Assembly (NCBI GenBank): GCA_023205875.1 | Contig: CP060768.1 | Location: 62,001 to 126,000 of the forward strand | Direction of reading: 5' to 3' | DNA from: Chloropicon primus | Lineage: Eukaryota | Length of the DNA stretch: 64,000 nt | Shown: in pieces, positions 1 to 13,338 of the stretch | Numbering within the stretch: the stretch's first letter is position 1 | Layout: each line of letters starts with the position of its first letter | Program-made: the position numbers and the translations under genes | Notes under the pieces: generated by a model | Database searches by the model: none | What the model was told of the DNA's origin: nothing | Seen by the model: the letters and a program-made list of their open reading frames with translations, nothing else

Positions 1-165
1 GGTTGACGCTCCCATGGCGCCGCCACCTTCCCCCCTTTCTTTTCTTGGTTGGACCGGCCCGGTCCCTCCCCTTTTGAAGCTCAAAGAAAGAAAGAATGCC
101 GTGATTATTCTATTTTACAAACAAACAACAACGATGGATACGGGTGAGTGATCCCAAACACGAAA

Positions 166-3100
166 TCAAGAGCCCGCTGCCGTGCCTGGCCTCGACTTGG
201 ATCTGGACTTGGGCCTGAGTTTGTTGATCGCTGCATTTGCCCTCTGCAGACTCGAAACTCGCCGATACTTCTCGGACATTTCCCTGTACTGCTCCTCCTT
301 TTTCATCATGTCCTTCTGCATCTTCGCCTTCTCCTCCCTCAGCGTCCTCACCCTGTCCGTGAGATTCTTGTTCATCTCCCGCAGAGCGATGAGCTCCTGG
401 CCCAAGTCCTTCGTGTCCGACTCGACCTTGGCGTTGTGCTGCCTCATCGGCTTCGCCGAGGGCGGGGGGCAACTTGGGGGAGGTGGCTGGAAAGACGGCT
501 TCGACTTCAGGTCCTGGATCGTCAAGTTCTTCCCTGCGACATCCTTCTGCAGCGCGGCTATCTTGAGCATGAGGGCGTCCTTCTCCTTGCCAAAGCTCTC
601 CGACTTGGTGCTCATCTCGTTGCCCAGCCTCTGCTGCTCCTTCTTGGCCAGCTCAGCCACCTCCCGCAGCTTTTTCATGTTGCTCAGGGACGCGCCTGAG
701 GAGGACAAGTTCACGTTCCTCGCCCGGAAGGCAAACATCAAGCTGCAAAGGCTCTCGTGGGCGTGCAGGACAGAAGGAGAGATGTTGACGAAGAGCATCG
801 TCTTGCACTCATTCCCGAGGGAATCGCTGAGCAGATACGTCAGCTTTGAGTTCCGGAAAGGAATGTGGCTCGCCGTGGACCTCGTCTGGGCGCTCGCAAG
901 CGACGCGATGACATCCCCCAAGGCGCTCAAAGACTTGTTGATGTAAGACGCTTCCTTGAGCCTCTCACCCTCGACGCAACTTTTCGAGACGCGCTCGCTT
1001 CCAGCAAGGTCGATGAAACTGATTTTGGACGTGAAGCTCGTCTGCTTGGAGACGTTGTGGTTGACGCAGCTGATCATCATCACCAGGTGGGACCGAGACG
1101 AGTGCTCGTTCATCATCGTGACCCCGACGCTCCTGTTCTTGGACCCCATGTACAGCAACTGCAGAACCTCCTCTGCCGTGCTCACGGGCTTTTCTGTCAG
1201 GTTTGGAACGTAAACCCCCGTCCCATCTTCCCTCATTTTGATGTCCAGCTTCTTGCTCGCAACGGTGGACTTCTCCTCCAGCAAGTCCTTGATCTGCTCG
1301 TTGTAAATCTCAAGCATGCTGAGATTGAACGTGTACTCCACGACGCCTGGCACGGCGCACTCCCCGTTCGCCAGTGTGAACAGCTCCTTGATCGCCCTGA
1401 AAGTGACGCCTCGATCGTTCTCGGGCCCCTCCATCGTGTGCGTCTTTCCACTGCCCGTCTGGCCATAAGCGAAAACGCAGACGTTGAACCCATCAAGGGC
1501 GCTTTGGACCAGAGGCTTGACGCTTTCCTCGTACACCGTCGTCTGAGAGCTGGTCTCATTGAAGACCCTGTCGAACTCAAAGTCCTTCCGGCTCATGCTC
1601 CTTCCGTTCTGCTGCCTCTCCTGTGGTACCAGCGCGACCTGCCTGTTCGCCCTATCCTCGTTGGGAAACTCGACGCAAGAGATGCGCCCTTCCTGAGAGT
1701 TCAGGGGCCTCACCCTGCAAAACACTCGGATGTTTCCCTTTGCTCTCAGCAGCTCATTGAAGAGGCGCCGCCTCTCAGCCATGACCGGGCCGATCTTGTT
1801 CTCTGCCTCCTCTATCGCACTCTTTGCCGCGGAGGAGACCGACCTCAGCTTCTTCACCAGGCTCTGGATCGCCCAGGCCATCGGGTCGTCGCTGCAGCTG
1901 TGCACCGATAACGCGGAGCCGAAATTCCTCGTCTGCCTGGCCACCTCGTCCTTGGCGGTCGAGACGCAGCTGCTCAGATCCCTCACCTTTTTCTGTATGT
2001 CGAGCAAAGGCTTCATGCTGGCCTTGGACATTCCCCCGGACGACGCAGGCTGCCCCCCCGCGCGCGTTGCCCCGCCGCCGCCCTGACCAAGTCGCCGCTC
2101 AAGCTCTGCCTTCTCCCTCTCCAAGGTTTCTATTCTCTGGGAAGCCTCGGCTTGGGCTTCGGCCCTCTCCCGGTGGGCCCTCAAAGCCTCCTTTGCAGCC
2201 TCGCTGCTTTCCCTCTCCAGCCTCGCCAATCGATCGGACACCGCGGCGTCCCCTCCTCCTCCTCCTTCCGACGACGACCCAACTGCTGGCCCACCGTTTT
2301 GGAAGCCCGCGCTCTCAATCCGGCTCAGCCTGGCCTGCAGGCTGTTCAGGATATCCTGGTTCACGGGCGTCCCCTCCTTGTTCTGTATGGTCATCACCTT
2401 GGCGCTGAGCTCGGACACCCGCCTCTCGTGCTCGAGCCTCTCCTGCTCTGCCCTCTTCAGAGCCATCTGCAAGTCGTGAACGACGTACTCCAAGTCCGAC
2501 TTTGGCTGGGGGACATACTTTGCGAAAGCGGACGAGTTGTGCGCTGCCATCTGCTGTATCTTCTCCTTGGACTCCTCGATCGCTTCCTGCATGTTCTGGT
2601 CCGGCAGGGCCATCGCTGCGTCCTTCCTCGCCGCCTCGATATTCACCTCAAGCCCCTTGTCCGCCATCTGCCTCACTATCCCGTACAGTATCCTATAGTA
2701 GTGGTCCAAGGGGTGGTCCCTCGACACGTCCCCCGTCCTCGTGTTGTGAAAGTAAACCTCCCCGCTATCATCGAAAAACTCCTTCCAGGGCTCGGGAACC
2801 TCCGCGTCGTAGGCCTCCGCCGCAATCCAAAGAAAGTCCTCGTCCTTGTCCGTGTCCATGCCAAGGTGCTCGGCCATCTGGGACCGGGGCCAAGCAAGCA
2901 CGCAAAGGAACCAAGTGAGTGAGTGTCAGAGAGAAAAGTCCTCGAGCGATACGAAGGAGAAGAAGAAGAAGAAGAAGAAGATTCCAAGAATCAAAGGCGG
3001 TGTGGCCCGTGCCCCCACTTACCCTGAGGATGTCCTCCACGTTGTAGTCCACCTCCTCGTAGTCGTCTCCCAGCTGAGAGAGGTCCGCATTCCTGTCCAG

Positions 3101-3232
3101 GGTCACCGCAGGCGTCCCGTTCCTGCTGAACTTGAGGAACTTTATGGTGGAGCCGTGGTGCAGGGTACTGTTGAGGTCCCCCCCGCGATCCCCCCCTCCT
3201 CCCCCCCCACCGGGAGTCGGCGGCCTGCTCAT
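166..3232 (-). CDS. Kinesin-14 family motor with N-terminal CEP164-like WW module; exons 3023-3232 and 166-2877
   Basis: Kinesin-14 neck (ERRRLFNELLRAKGNIRVFCRVRP), P-loop GQTGSGKT, NEHSSRSH, DLAGSER. GTAAGT...CAG intron 2878-3022 joins EDILR to MAEHLG in frame. WW-like segment PEPWKEFFDDSGEVYFHNTRTGDVSRDHP. Confidence 0.9.
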
Positions 3233-4350
3233 AGGGTACCTCGGTGTTCCCCTCCTGTGTCCCCCGGACCAAACGAACGAACCAACCAACCCACCCACTC
3301 ACTCCTCACTCGTTCTGTCGTGCTGCCTCCTCCACTGCCTCCTCCACAGCGCGGGGGTGCAGCCCCTGGCGCAGGCACAGGCACGCAGGCAGGCAGGCTA
3401 GTCTCCCAGTGCCACCCCGATGCCTATCTGTGTCCCCAAGATGATGAAATGAAACGAAGGTCGGCCTTGCTCCTCGTCTGTCCCGATGATCAAGCGCACG
3501 TCTCAAGATCGAGCAGCAGAGGAGGAGCAGAGGAGGAGAGGGAGGAGCAGGAGGAGAGAGACGCGTGCAAAGCCATCTTTTTGAATTCCCAAGATGGGAA
3601 TCCTCTCGGTATTCGTATTCGTTTTCGTTTTCGGATCACGATCACGATCACGATCACCTCCTGACGAAGAAGAAGAAGAAGAAGAAGAAGAAGACAAACC
3701 AGTGTTCGGGACGCCTTGCACTCCTTCTTGCTCCACCGACCGACCAGGAGGAGGAACTTCAAATATCTTTCCTCCTCCTCTTTTCTCTCGCTCTCAAGGA
3801 CGAAACACGTTGTTGTTGTCGTCGTCCCATCATCTCATCTCATCCCATTCACATGGAGAGGGAGAGGGGAGGATCTTTCGCATCCATCATGACAGCGCAC
3901 CCCTCCCGTGTCGTTTGAAGTGCCCCACTGGTGTGGAACGAAACAAAGATAGAGATAGGGTCCGTGGCCAAGGCCCCCCTGCTGTCGTCGTCCTCGTCGT
4001 GGTTCCGTCCCCACTGCTGTCGTCGTCCTCGTCGTGGCTCCGTCCCCACTGCGCGCATGGAGGAACTTCAAACGCCCCATGACATGACCATGGCATGACG
4101 CGCTCTCGCCTTTTGCATCGATCTTGAACCCTCTGGCGTGTTCTTGTGGCTGAGTCGGATTTGGATAACGAAATAAGAAACCGTGATGGCCCCAAGATGG
4201 AATCTCTACTCTGGTGGAGTTCTGCCTTTCTCCGCGCGGGAAAAGAATAAAGGTGTCGCCTCAAGAGTAGAATTCCCTTGTTACTGGCGGCGCAGAGCGA
4301 AGCAGAGCCCCGCCAGAGACGAAAACGAGGCGCGCAGCGCAGGGAGCGCC

Positions 4351-4442
4351 ACGACGAAGGCGACGACGACGAAGGCGACGACGACGAAGGCGACGACGAC
4401 GAAGGCGACGACGACGAAGGGGACGACGACGAAGGGGAAGGG
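4351..4442. repeat. 15-bp minisatellite (GACGACGACGAAGGC)-like, about 6 copies
   Basis: Directly visible tandem repeat upstream of the S40 gene. Confidence 0.85.
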
Positions 4443-4844
4443 CGACACCACGACCACCTTGGACGGTTGCGTTCGTTCGTTCGCCAAGGCAACGAGCCAC
4501 CGAGGGGAGGGGCCACACTGGGACGAGGCACGGGAGAGAACAAGCCTGAGTGGGCGAGTGAGGACACGCCTCTCTCTCGCTTGCTCGCTCGCTCTCCGTC
4601 GCGCTCTCTCTCGCTCGCTCTCCGTCGCTCTCTCTGCTGCCTGTCTGTCGTTCTTCCGGGAATTCAGCCAGGAAGAATTCTTCTCCAACGCATTGTGCAG
4701 AGAGGAGCTCGGTTCGTTCCATTCTTGAGGAGGAGAGCAAGCTTGTTTCCTTGTTGAGAACAACAACAACAGCAGCAGCAGCAGCAGCAGCATTCTATCG
4801 ATAACTCCAACAACAACAACAACAACAAGAAGAGCAAGAAGAAG

Positions 4845-5639
4845 ATGATGTCCTCCGCTGCGAACCACGCCCTGGATCAGCAGCAGAAGAAGGCTGCCGC
4901 TCAGGCGGTGGAGGCCTCCACCCTGAACAACAACAACAACACGAACAACGAGGAGGAGCTGGACGAGGCATCCGTGTGGGAGATGGGCTTCTTCAAGGTC
5001 AGGGATGAGAAGGCCAAGAACGAGACCGGGGGGTCGTCGTCCGAAGAGGGGAAGGAGAACAACGACGACGATGACGACGCGGCGGAGCGCGTCCGCCGAG
5101 GGGGCGGGCACAGGAAGCGCCAGAGCTTCGTGCTGGACGAGGAGGACGCCCTCGTGGGCTTCGGGGAGAAGGAGGACTCGAGCAAGAGCGTGGTGACGAA
5201 CTTGGTGAAGGCGCAGGCCCACCACCACGTGTCCTCGCCGTCCTCGGAGCACATCCCGATCAAGCAGAAGCACTCGCGCACGGGGGGGGACAACATGAGC
5301 TACTCGCTGTCCTTCATGCACCAGGGCGACCTGGGGAGCAGCCTCTCCCCCCGCCTTCTGGGGACGAGCGCGCCCATCAACATTCCGGGGAACGAAAACT
5401 CATTTTATCAGAAGAGGGGGAGCAACGGGTCGAACGTCGTGGAGTCGCCGAGGAGCAGCACGAGGGCCGAGGGTTTCGTTCCCCCGCACCTCATAGGGGC
5501 GGAGGACGACGGCCAGGACCCAGAGCTGAGCACGTCCATCATGAAGAGGGAGCAGCTCAAACACAGAAACACAATTTTGAAGCAAACGGGATACCTCGAA
5601 GAACCGTCAGCAACAACAAGGATTATAATACCAGAGTAA
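4845..5639 (+). CDS. Senescence regulator S40 (DUF584)-like protein
   Basis: Motifs SAPINIP, FVPPHL and C-terminal LKHRNTILKQTGYLE; TGTAA at 5710. Confidence 0.75.
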   Translation: MMSSAANHALDQQQKKAAAQAVEASTLNNNNNTNNEEELDEASVWEMGFFKVRDEKAKNETGGSSSEEGKENNDDDDDAAERVRRGGGHRKRQSFVLDEEDALVGFGEKEDSSKSVVTNLVKAQAHHHVSSPSSEHIPIKQKHSRTGGDNMSYSLSFMHQGDLGSSLSPRLLGTSAPINIPGNENSFYQKRGSNGSNVVESPRSSTRAEGFVPPHLIGAEDDGQDPELSTSIMKREQLKHRNTILKQTGYLEEPSATTRIIIPE

Positions 5640-6013
5640 ACTAAAGAACAACAACAACAAGAGACCAATAATAATAATGAAAAAAGAACGAGCCACGGAA
5701 TAAAATTTTTGTAATTGTAGGTCAGAGCACCAAGGCAAGCCAGGTAGTCGTAGTCGTATGATATTATGAAGCACGCGCACACACAAGCCTCAAGATGCCC
5801 TTGTCTCTCTCGTCTCTCTCTCTTGTGTGTGTGTGTGTGCGTGTGTGCGTGTTGTTGTTGTTCTGAAAGAGCCTTGCCTTGCCTTTGCTGTGGTATAAAG
5901 AGCAGTTGAATTAGAATTAAAGGTAGTAGTTATGTTGTTACACTTTTGGAGAGGTCACTCTCAATTCCTCACCCAAAAAAAAAAAACGAAAAGCGTGACT
6001 TCGCTTCACACAC

Positions 6014-6903
<890 letters not shown>

Positions 6904-8149
6904 GGTTGGTTCGGCACGCCCGTCCTGCGTGTTCCTGTCCGGTTGTGTTCAAGGTCCTCTCGTCCTCGCTCGTCCTCGCTCGCTCGCTCGCTCTCTCCTG
7001 CCTTGCCTTTAGGGCTTCGTCTCCATCCAAAAGAAAAAATGGGATTCAACGGCGCAATCATGTCCGCAATCCAATCGTCCTGGAGGAGTGGAGGAGAGGG
7101 GGGATGATGCTCGAAGGGACGGAGAGGGGGAGAGGATTGGTGCTAGGGACCGGTGGATCCCTTATCACTTTCTCCTCCTCCCCTTCCTCTCTCCAAAGAT
7201 GCCTCATATCCATCAGGGATTGGGGAAAGGGGATGGATGAGAAGGCAAGATGGATGGTGATCCTCTGGTGGGTGGGAGAAAGGGCAAAACGGGGCAAGGG
7301 AGGGGGTCGGGGTGTGCATTTGGCAAAATGGCCTCCTCGCTCAGGAAAACCTCTCAAGCGGCGCGCCATCTTCACTCCCTTGGCCCGCTTCAACACCCAA
7401 GGGGAGGAGGAAGGGGGGGTGCGTTCGTTCTTCGTGGCGGTGACGACCCCGCGAGACTTTGGACAAGAGAAACTGGTGGTACTGTATAAAAGGGTGCCCT
7501 CGTCGACCAGGGCAAATCGAGCTCTGTTAACCTCCTCTTCATCCCCCTTTCCACGTCAATGCAGTACAACATACTGCCGATAACTAGGTGTCACTAGGTG
7601 TGCGGTGCGCGTGTGTGTGCTCATGATAGGGCTTTCTCTCGGGAAGAGGGGGGGGGACGCAGGACGCAAATAAACGTGCGCAGCAGTGCACGCGTCCTAA
7701 AGGTCAAATCGAGGAGCACCTTTCCTCGGGTCCCCGACACCGCCGCTCGCTCCTGAAGGTACGAAAGAAGAGGGAAAGACGAAAGGTTAGGACCAGTGTT
7801 GTCTTTTGCCCAAGAAGAGGAACACGGCGATGTGTGATCGATACGTGTGTTTCCAACAACGTAGTCTGATACTTGCAGGGTCGTCCTACATGGTAATTAA
7901 GGGCTTGCCTTTCCACGAGGCAATGGAATCTGCATGCTGGCGCCAAGGGAGGCCCCTCCAAGACCGGAATCTTGGAAACCTACAACCTCGAGGCCCTTCA
8001 CTCTGTGGCGTTATGCTGCGGGCTATGCATCCATCAAGAATTCATAGAATTGGATGCCCCAAACGCAAGGAGTCCGGAACAAGGCTATGCCCGACCCTCC
8101 CGCCACGAACACACGGACACGGACACTCAACTCGACACACACTCAACTC

Positions 8150-8187
<38 letters not shown>

Positions 8188-8334
8188 TGCTCTTCCGCCA
8201 AGTCGAGACGCGCGCGTCTTCTGCTTACCTTTCCCTCCTCCTCCACTCTCCTCGTCCTTCGCACGTGCGCACGCACACAGAAGTCCATACCACTGGCGCC
8301 GACTTTGGATCTAAGCTAGCAAAGCAATCAAGAA

Positions 8335-9525
8335 TCACGCCGCCGTCTTCTGATCCTTCTTCCCGCCCGTTGCCTCCTCTCCCTCCGCGGCCGCTGGCTT
8401 CAGCCTCGAGGTGGAAGCCACCTGCTGCTGGAACTTCAGTATCGTCCAGTCGAACACGTAGTCGTACTCGTATCCGCCGCGGATGAAAGGCTCCCTCAGC
8501 AAGTTCCTCAAGTAGTTGTAGTCCGGCTTGTCGTCGAACCTAAGACACCTGCAGTAATGCAGGTACGTCACAAACTCCTTTGGGAACTCCTTGCACAGGA
8601 CCTCGATGGGCGTGGCCATCTTTCTCTCGCTGATCTTCTCGTACTTTTGCTTCTTCGTCGCCGCCTTGAGACCTTGCCAAGGAAGGGACCCTCGCAAAAA
8701 GTACAGAAGGACGTACCCGAGGGACTCCAAGTCGTCCCTCCTGCTCTGCTCGATACCTAAGTGGGTGTTGATCGAAGCGTACCTTGCCGTCCCCGTCAGG
8801 TTCTTGTCCTCCCTGTACGCAATGTGTTGGTGCGTCCTGGGGTCTCTGTACTTCTTCGCCAGGCCGAAGTCGATGATGTTGACCTGGTTCGCCTTTTTCC
8901 CCAAACCCATTAAAAAGTTGTCTGGCTTGATGTCCCTGTGGATGAAGCTCCTGGTGTGCACGTACTCGATCCTCCTCAGGAGCTGGTCCGCGAGCATGAG
9001 GACCGTCTTGAGGGAGAACCTCCTGTTGCAGAAGTTGAACAGGTCCTCCAGGCTAGGGCCGAGGAGGTCCATGACCATGATGTTGTAGTCTCCCTCGATG
9101 CCGTACCACCTCACCGTGGGAATCCCCACGCCTCCCTGAAGTATCTTGTACAGCTTGCTCTCGTACAAGAGCTGCGGATGCTTGGTCCTGATCGTCTCCA
9201 GCTTGATGGCGACCTCGTCCCCCGTCTGTATGTTCGTCCCGAGATAAATGTCCCCAAAAGAACCGCTTCCGATCCTCCTGCCGAGTCTGTACTTGTTGCC
9301 CACGCGAAGCTCGTGTTGAGACAAGGCAAAGTTCCCCCCCTGCGAGCTGGAGGGTGCCCTGTCACTCTGCTTCCCCCCATCAGGCTTGCTGCTGCTGTTC
9401 TGCATAACTTTGGACGACGATCGCTTCGCCTGGTCCTTGCTGCTCCTCATTCCTTTCCCTGTCCCTCCCACCGTCTTCTCAACTCCAACCAAGTTGTTGC
9501 TCGCCTCCAAAAAGTTTGTAGGCAT
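8335..9525 (-). CDS. CK1: Casein kinase 1 (delta/epsilon-like)
   Basis: [57 protein letters not shown]. Confidence 0.96.
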   Translation of the reverse strand: MPTNFLEASNNLVGVEKTVGGTGKGMRSSKDQAKRSSSKVMQNSSSKPDGGKQSDRAPSSSQGGNFALSQHELRVGNKYRLGRRIGSGSFGDIYLGTNIQTGDEVAIKLETIRTKHPQLLYESKLYKILQGGVGIPTVRWYGIEGDYNIMVMDLLGPSLEDLFNFCNRRFSLKTVLMLADQLLRRIEYVHTRSFIHRDIKPDNFLMGLGKKANQVNIIDFGLAKKYRDPRTHQHIAYREDKNLTGTARYASINTHLGIEQSRRDDLESLGYVLLYFLRGSLPWQGLKAATKKQKYEKISERKMATPIEVLCKEFPKEFVTYLHYCRCLRFDDKPDYNYLRNLLREPFIRGGYEYDYVFDWTILKFQQQVASTSRLKPAAAEGEEATGGKKDQKTAA

Positions 9526-10885
9526 ATGCAGCTAGCTCTTTTCACAAAGAAAAGAGAAACGCAACGACCAGATAGAGAGAAAGAGAGAGAGAGAGAGGCC
9601 AAAGCAAAGCAAACTCTTTCTTCCTCGTCGAATCGAGTCGAGTCGAGTCTATCTTTTTCTCCTTCTCCTTCTCCTTTTCAAGCGAACCGAAACAGAAAAA
9701 GGACGAGAAAGTGTTTCGTCGTCGTCGTCGTTTGGTTTCTTTTCGTTTCTTTTCGTTTCTTGTTGTTTGAAACAAAAAAAGAATGAAGAAAGAAACAAGA
9801 AACCAAAACCCACGTTTTTCTTCCCCTAAAATGCTACCAACTCTTTGGTGCCATGTCCCTCCGTCGTGCCAAACGAGACGACGAGACGCGTTCTTTCGAC
9901 ACGAACGGCGCTTGTTCCGTTCCCTTCCCCTTGCCTCGAGACGCAATCCTCTCCCACGTTCGCCGTCTCAATCGAAACTCTCGTTCGATTTTCTTTTTTT
10001 GCAAAGACGGGATGGGGATCTTCCTCGTCTTGTGGTTCAAAAAGAAAGTCCTCACGTGGGTAAGCTCCGCACGTCCTCTACTTGGTCTTGTTAGTGCCAA
10101 GCAAGAAGACCTCAAAGGGATACCCCTTGGTCTTCGTGTCCTCCGTCGTCGAAGCGGTTGCGTGATCGTGGTCACCGCTCTATCCTCCGTTCCGTTCTCT
10201 TCTTCTTTTCTTTTTTCTCTCTTCTTGTTTTTGGAGGGGGAACGTCATAGGACGAACGAGGAGATTCTTTCTGGGTCGACGACCGCGTCAGAGGAACAAT
10301 GGGAAAACTACTCTCCCCCTCGAAAAAAAAAGAAAAAAAAAAAAAAAAAAAAAACATTTTGACTTCGAGCATTCTCTCCAAGACGAACTTCTTGATTTTG
10401 ATATCTCTTATTCAAGTGATCTTCTTGAAAAGAATAATCGTTGAGCGAGCGTATCGTAGAAATGGGTGTACGTGTGCACCCCGCACGAGACCTTCTTGAT
10501 GGACGGCCCCCGAGAGTACGAAACGCGTGTTGAGAGGGCGGCGGCGTCCGCGAGAATTGTTTTTTGGTTCGAAATGGCGCGAAAACCACGAAACCCGAGT
10601 CGATCGGTGAGAGAAGAGGAGAAACTCACGCGGCGTGTCGGCTGCGTTTGGCTTTGGCTTTGCGCAACAACGAGAGGAAAGACCATCAACGAGGTGAGTC
10701 CAAGCGGTCCCGTCATCGTCATCGTCATTGTCATCGCGCTCTACGTCCCAGGTCTCAGGTCTCTGTCTGTGCGCGCAACCGCTTGCGCCCGCTCCGTGCC
10801 TTGGGTTCGGCGCAGAGAAAACGAGAGAAACGCCAGAGAGAGGATCCCACGACCACCTCTCTCTCTCTCTCTCTCTCCCTCTCTC

Positions 10886-10932
<47 letters not shown>

Positions 10933-11222
10933 ATTGGTTGCTTGGTTGGTTTTCGGTTCCAGGATCTTGGCTGACACTTTGTTCTCGTTCTCGTTCTTTC
11001 TTTATTTCTTTTCTTTTGCTCTCCTCTCTCTCTCTCTCTCTCTCTCTCCTGGTGATCTTATATCTCTCCGTGATCCCATCCCGTCGTCAAACAGCAGCAG
11101 CAGCAGCAGCAGAGACGGAGAGCAAGGAGCTGGGAAGGACTCGGCTACCCGACAACAACCAACCAAGCAAAAAAAAAAACTACTACTACTACTTACTCCG
11201 AGAGTAAGGAGTTTTGTTTCGC

Positions 11223-12647
11223 ATGGGACTTGAGCTGCAACAGGAGGGGAGCGCGAGAAGTGAGAGGAGAAAGGGCCAGAAGAAATCGTCTTCGTCTTCG
11301 GCTTCGGCGATCTTGGGTGAGAACAAGCTTGCCGTGAACATGAACACAAGCGTAGCGGTGAGCCACCTCAAGGGGGTGTCGAACGCGGACAAGAGGAAGA
11401 TCCAGCAGGTGGCGGAGTTCACCAAGGCGTCCGCGGACCAGGCGTGGTTCGAGCTCAAGAACAAGAACGGGGACGTGCAGGCCGCGATCTCGAGCTTGCT
11501 GGACAACCCCTTCGAGGTCGTGAAGACTCAGAAACAGAAGCAGAAGCAGAAGCAGGCGAGCAAGGACAACAACAAGTCCTCCGTCGCCTCGTCCAACAAC
11601 AGGAGGGACGGGGAGAGGTCGTCCTCCGACTCCTCGGGCAAGAGGAACAGCGGGGGGTTCGAGAGGTCGTCGAGGGGGGACAGAAACGGCGGGGGGGACA
11701 GAGCCGAGAGGGGCGCGTATAGGAAGAGGGAGGACAGGAGGAACTTCAACAGCAGCAGGGAGGGCAACGGCGCGGCCCCCCAGACCAGCAGCGTGGTCGT
11801 CAGGAGGGAGATCGGATCAGCCAAGCCGACCGCCACCGTTGAGGCTCCCGCATCCAGGCAGGCCGCGGGCGCGGCGGCGGACAGAGCAGCCGCCGCGAGG
11901 CCCGTGGCGGTCCCAGCCCCGGCGCCTAAGGCCCTGAGCTCCACCTCCTGGGCCAAGATGGTCGCCCAGCCCAAGGCGCAGCCCGCTCCAGAGCCCACCG
12001 TGGCTGCGGCGGCGGCGGCGGCGGCGAAGCCCGTGTCCGACAAGATGAAGGGCCGCCGCGAGGCCTCCCAGGCCCCGATCGAGGTCGCTCAGGCGGCGGC
12101 CCAGCAGCCCCAGGCCATGCAGGCCGCGCAGGCCAGGCAGCAGGTGCAGACCCAAGCGCCGAAGACGGTCAGCGTTGGGGTCGGCGGCGTCGCCCACCAG
12201 CAGAGGTCCGTGGAGTCCACGGCGACTTCCATGCAAGCGCCTGTGCAGCAGCCTCAGGCACCACAGCAGAAGGCGCCACCAGCGAGGAGCACCACCACGC
12301 AGGTTATCATGCCAGGGGGCATAAGGAGTGACACCACGACGGACGCCGCGTCGGTCCAGTTCGGCCAGTTCGGCCAGTTCGGAAACAACGGAGAGTTCGG
12401 TGCCGGCTTTGGGTTCGGAGGCATGGATATGAACATGAACAACATGATGACCACGAGCTCCGCCGGCATCGACGGGGCCGCGGCCACCACGACCGCGGGG
12501 GCCCCCGCACCTTCCAAGGCTCCAGCCCAGCAGCAGGAGACGAGGGACCTCAAGGCGAGGCAAGACGCCCCTGTGGCCGCCCCTGTGGCCGCCCCTGCGG
12601 CCGCCCAGCAAGTCAACCCAGCCCTCCGCCGCCCGCCACACCAACAG

Positions 12648-12681
<34 letters not shown>

Positions 12682-13091
12682 CCGTCCAGCAAAACATGTA
12701 CGGAGGCTTTGGAAACGGGATGGTTCAGGCTCCACCAGGAATGTATCACCACCACACCCCTTACCAGCAGATGTCCAACATCTCGGGCATGTACCCCCCC
12801 TATCAGTACATGCAGTACAACCAGATGGGTCAGATGAGCCTTGGCATGGCCCCTGGCATGGCCCAGCCCACGGAAGAGAAGCAGACTTACCAGAGGCTGA
12901 ATATGCCAAACTCGATGCAGTCGGAGCACCAGCCAGCCACCGCCAGCAGCCTTTACGGCTACGGTGCGAACATGCCTTTCAGCCAGAACGGCGCGCCATT
13001 CAACCAGGCTTACATGCAGTACACGGCACAGCAAAACATGGGAATGCCAAACAACGGCAACGGCAACAGCAACAGCAGGCAAAAGCAGTAG
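11223..13091 (+). CDS. UBA/CUE-like (GIP1 N-terminal, DUF1296) low-complexity protein, UBAP2/Lingerer-like; start uncertain (11223 or 11340)
   Basis: N-terminal KIQQVAEFT...NGDVQAAISSLLDNPFEVVK, R/G-rich region, VIMPGG...VQFGQFG motif, Q/Y/M/G-rich tail; TGTAA at 13115. Confidence 0.65.
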
Positions 13092-13338
13092 TGAAAGCAA
13101 AGTGTTCCCCAACTTGTAATGCGATGTGTTGCTCGTTGTGTAAACCCCTTCTTGCTTTTCTCTCGACCATTGACCCTTTCACTAAGGAGGTCGAGCCAAG
13201 TGTGCGTGCAAGTGTGTGTGCGTCGGTGCTCTGAAGAAAGCAGTTTCTTGGCTTAACATGATCTTTTCTCTTTTTTTTAAAGTCTTGTACCTTATCGAAT
13301 ATTATTGAAACCAAAACCCAAAGCCAGAGGTTAGGCTT

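Noticed and set aside
865..1911. Long antisense and alternate-frame ORFs (also 11817-13112, 22244-23830, 36684-37988, 59344-60600)
   Set aside because: Shadows of real genes caused by GC-rich codon bias; no motifs of their own.
10855..10930. Microsatellites (CT)n, (GA)n, (CA)n, (GAA)n, (CAT)n throughout intergenic DNA
   Set aside because: Ordinary simple repeats; they generate many spurious ORFs in the track.
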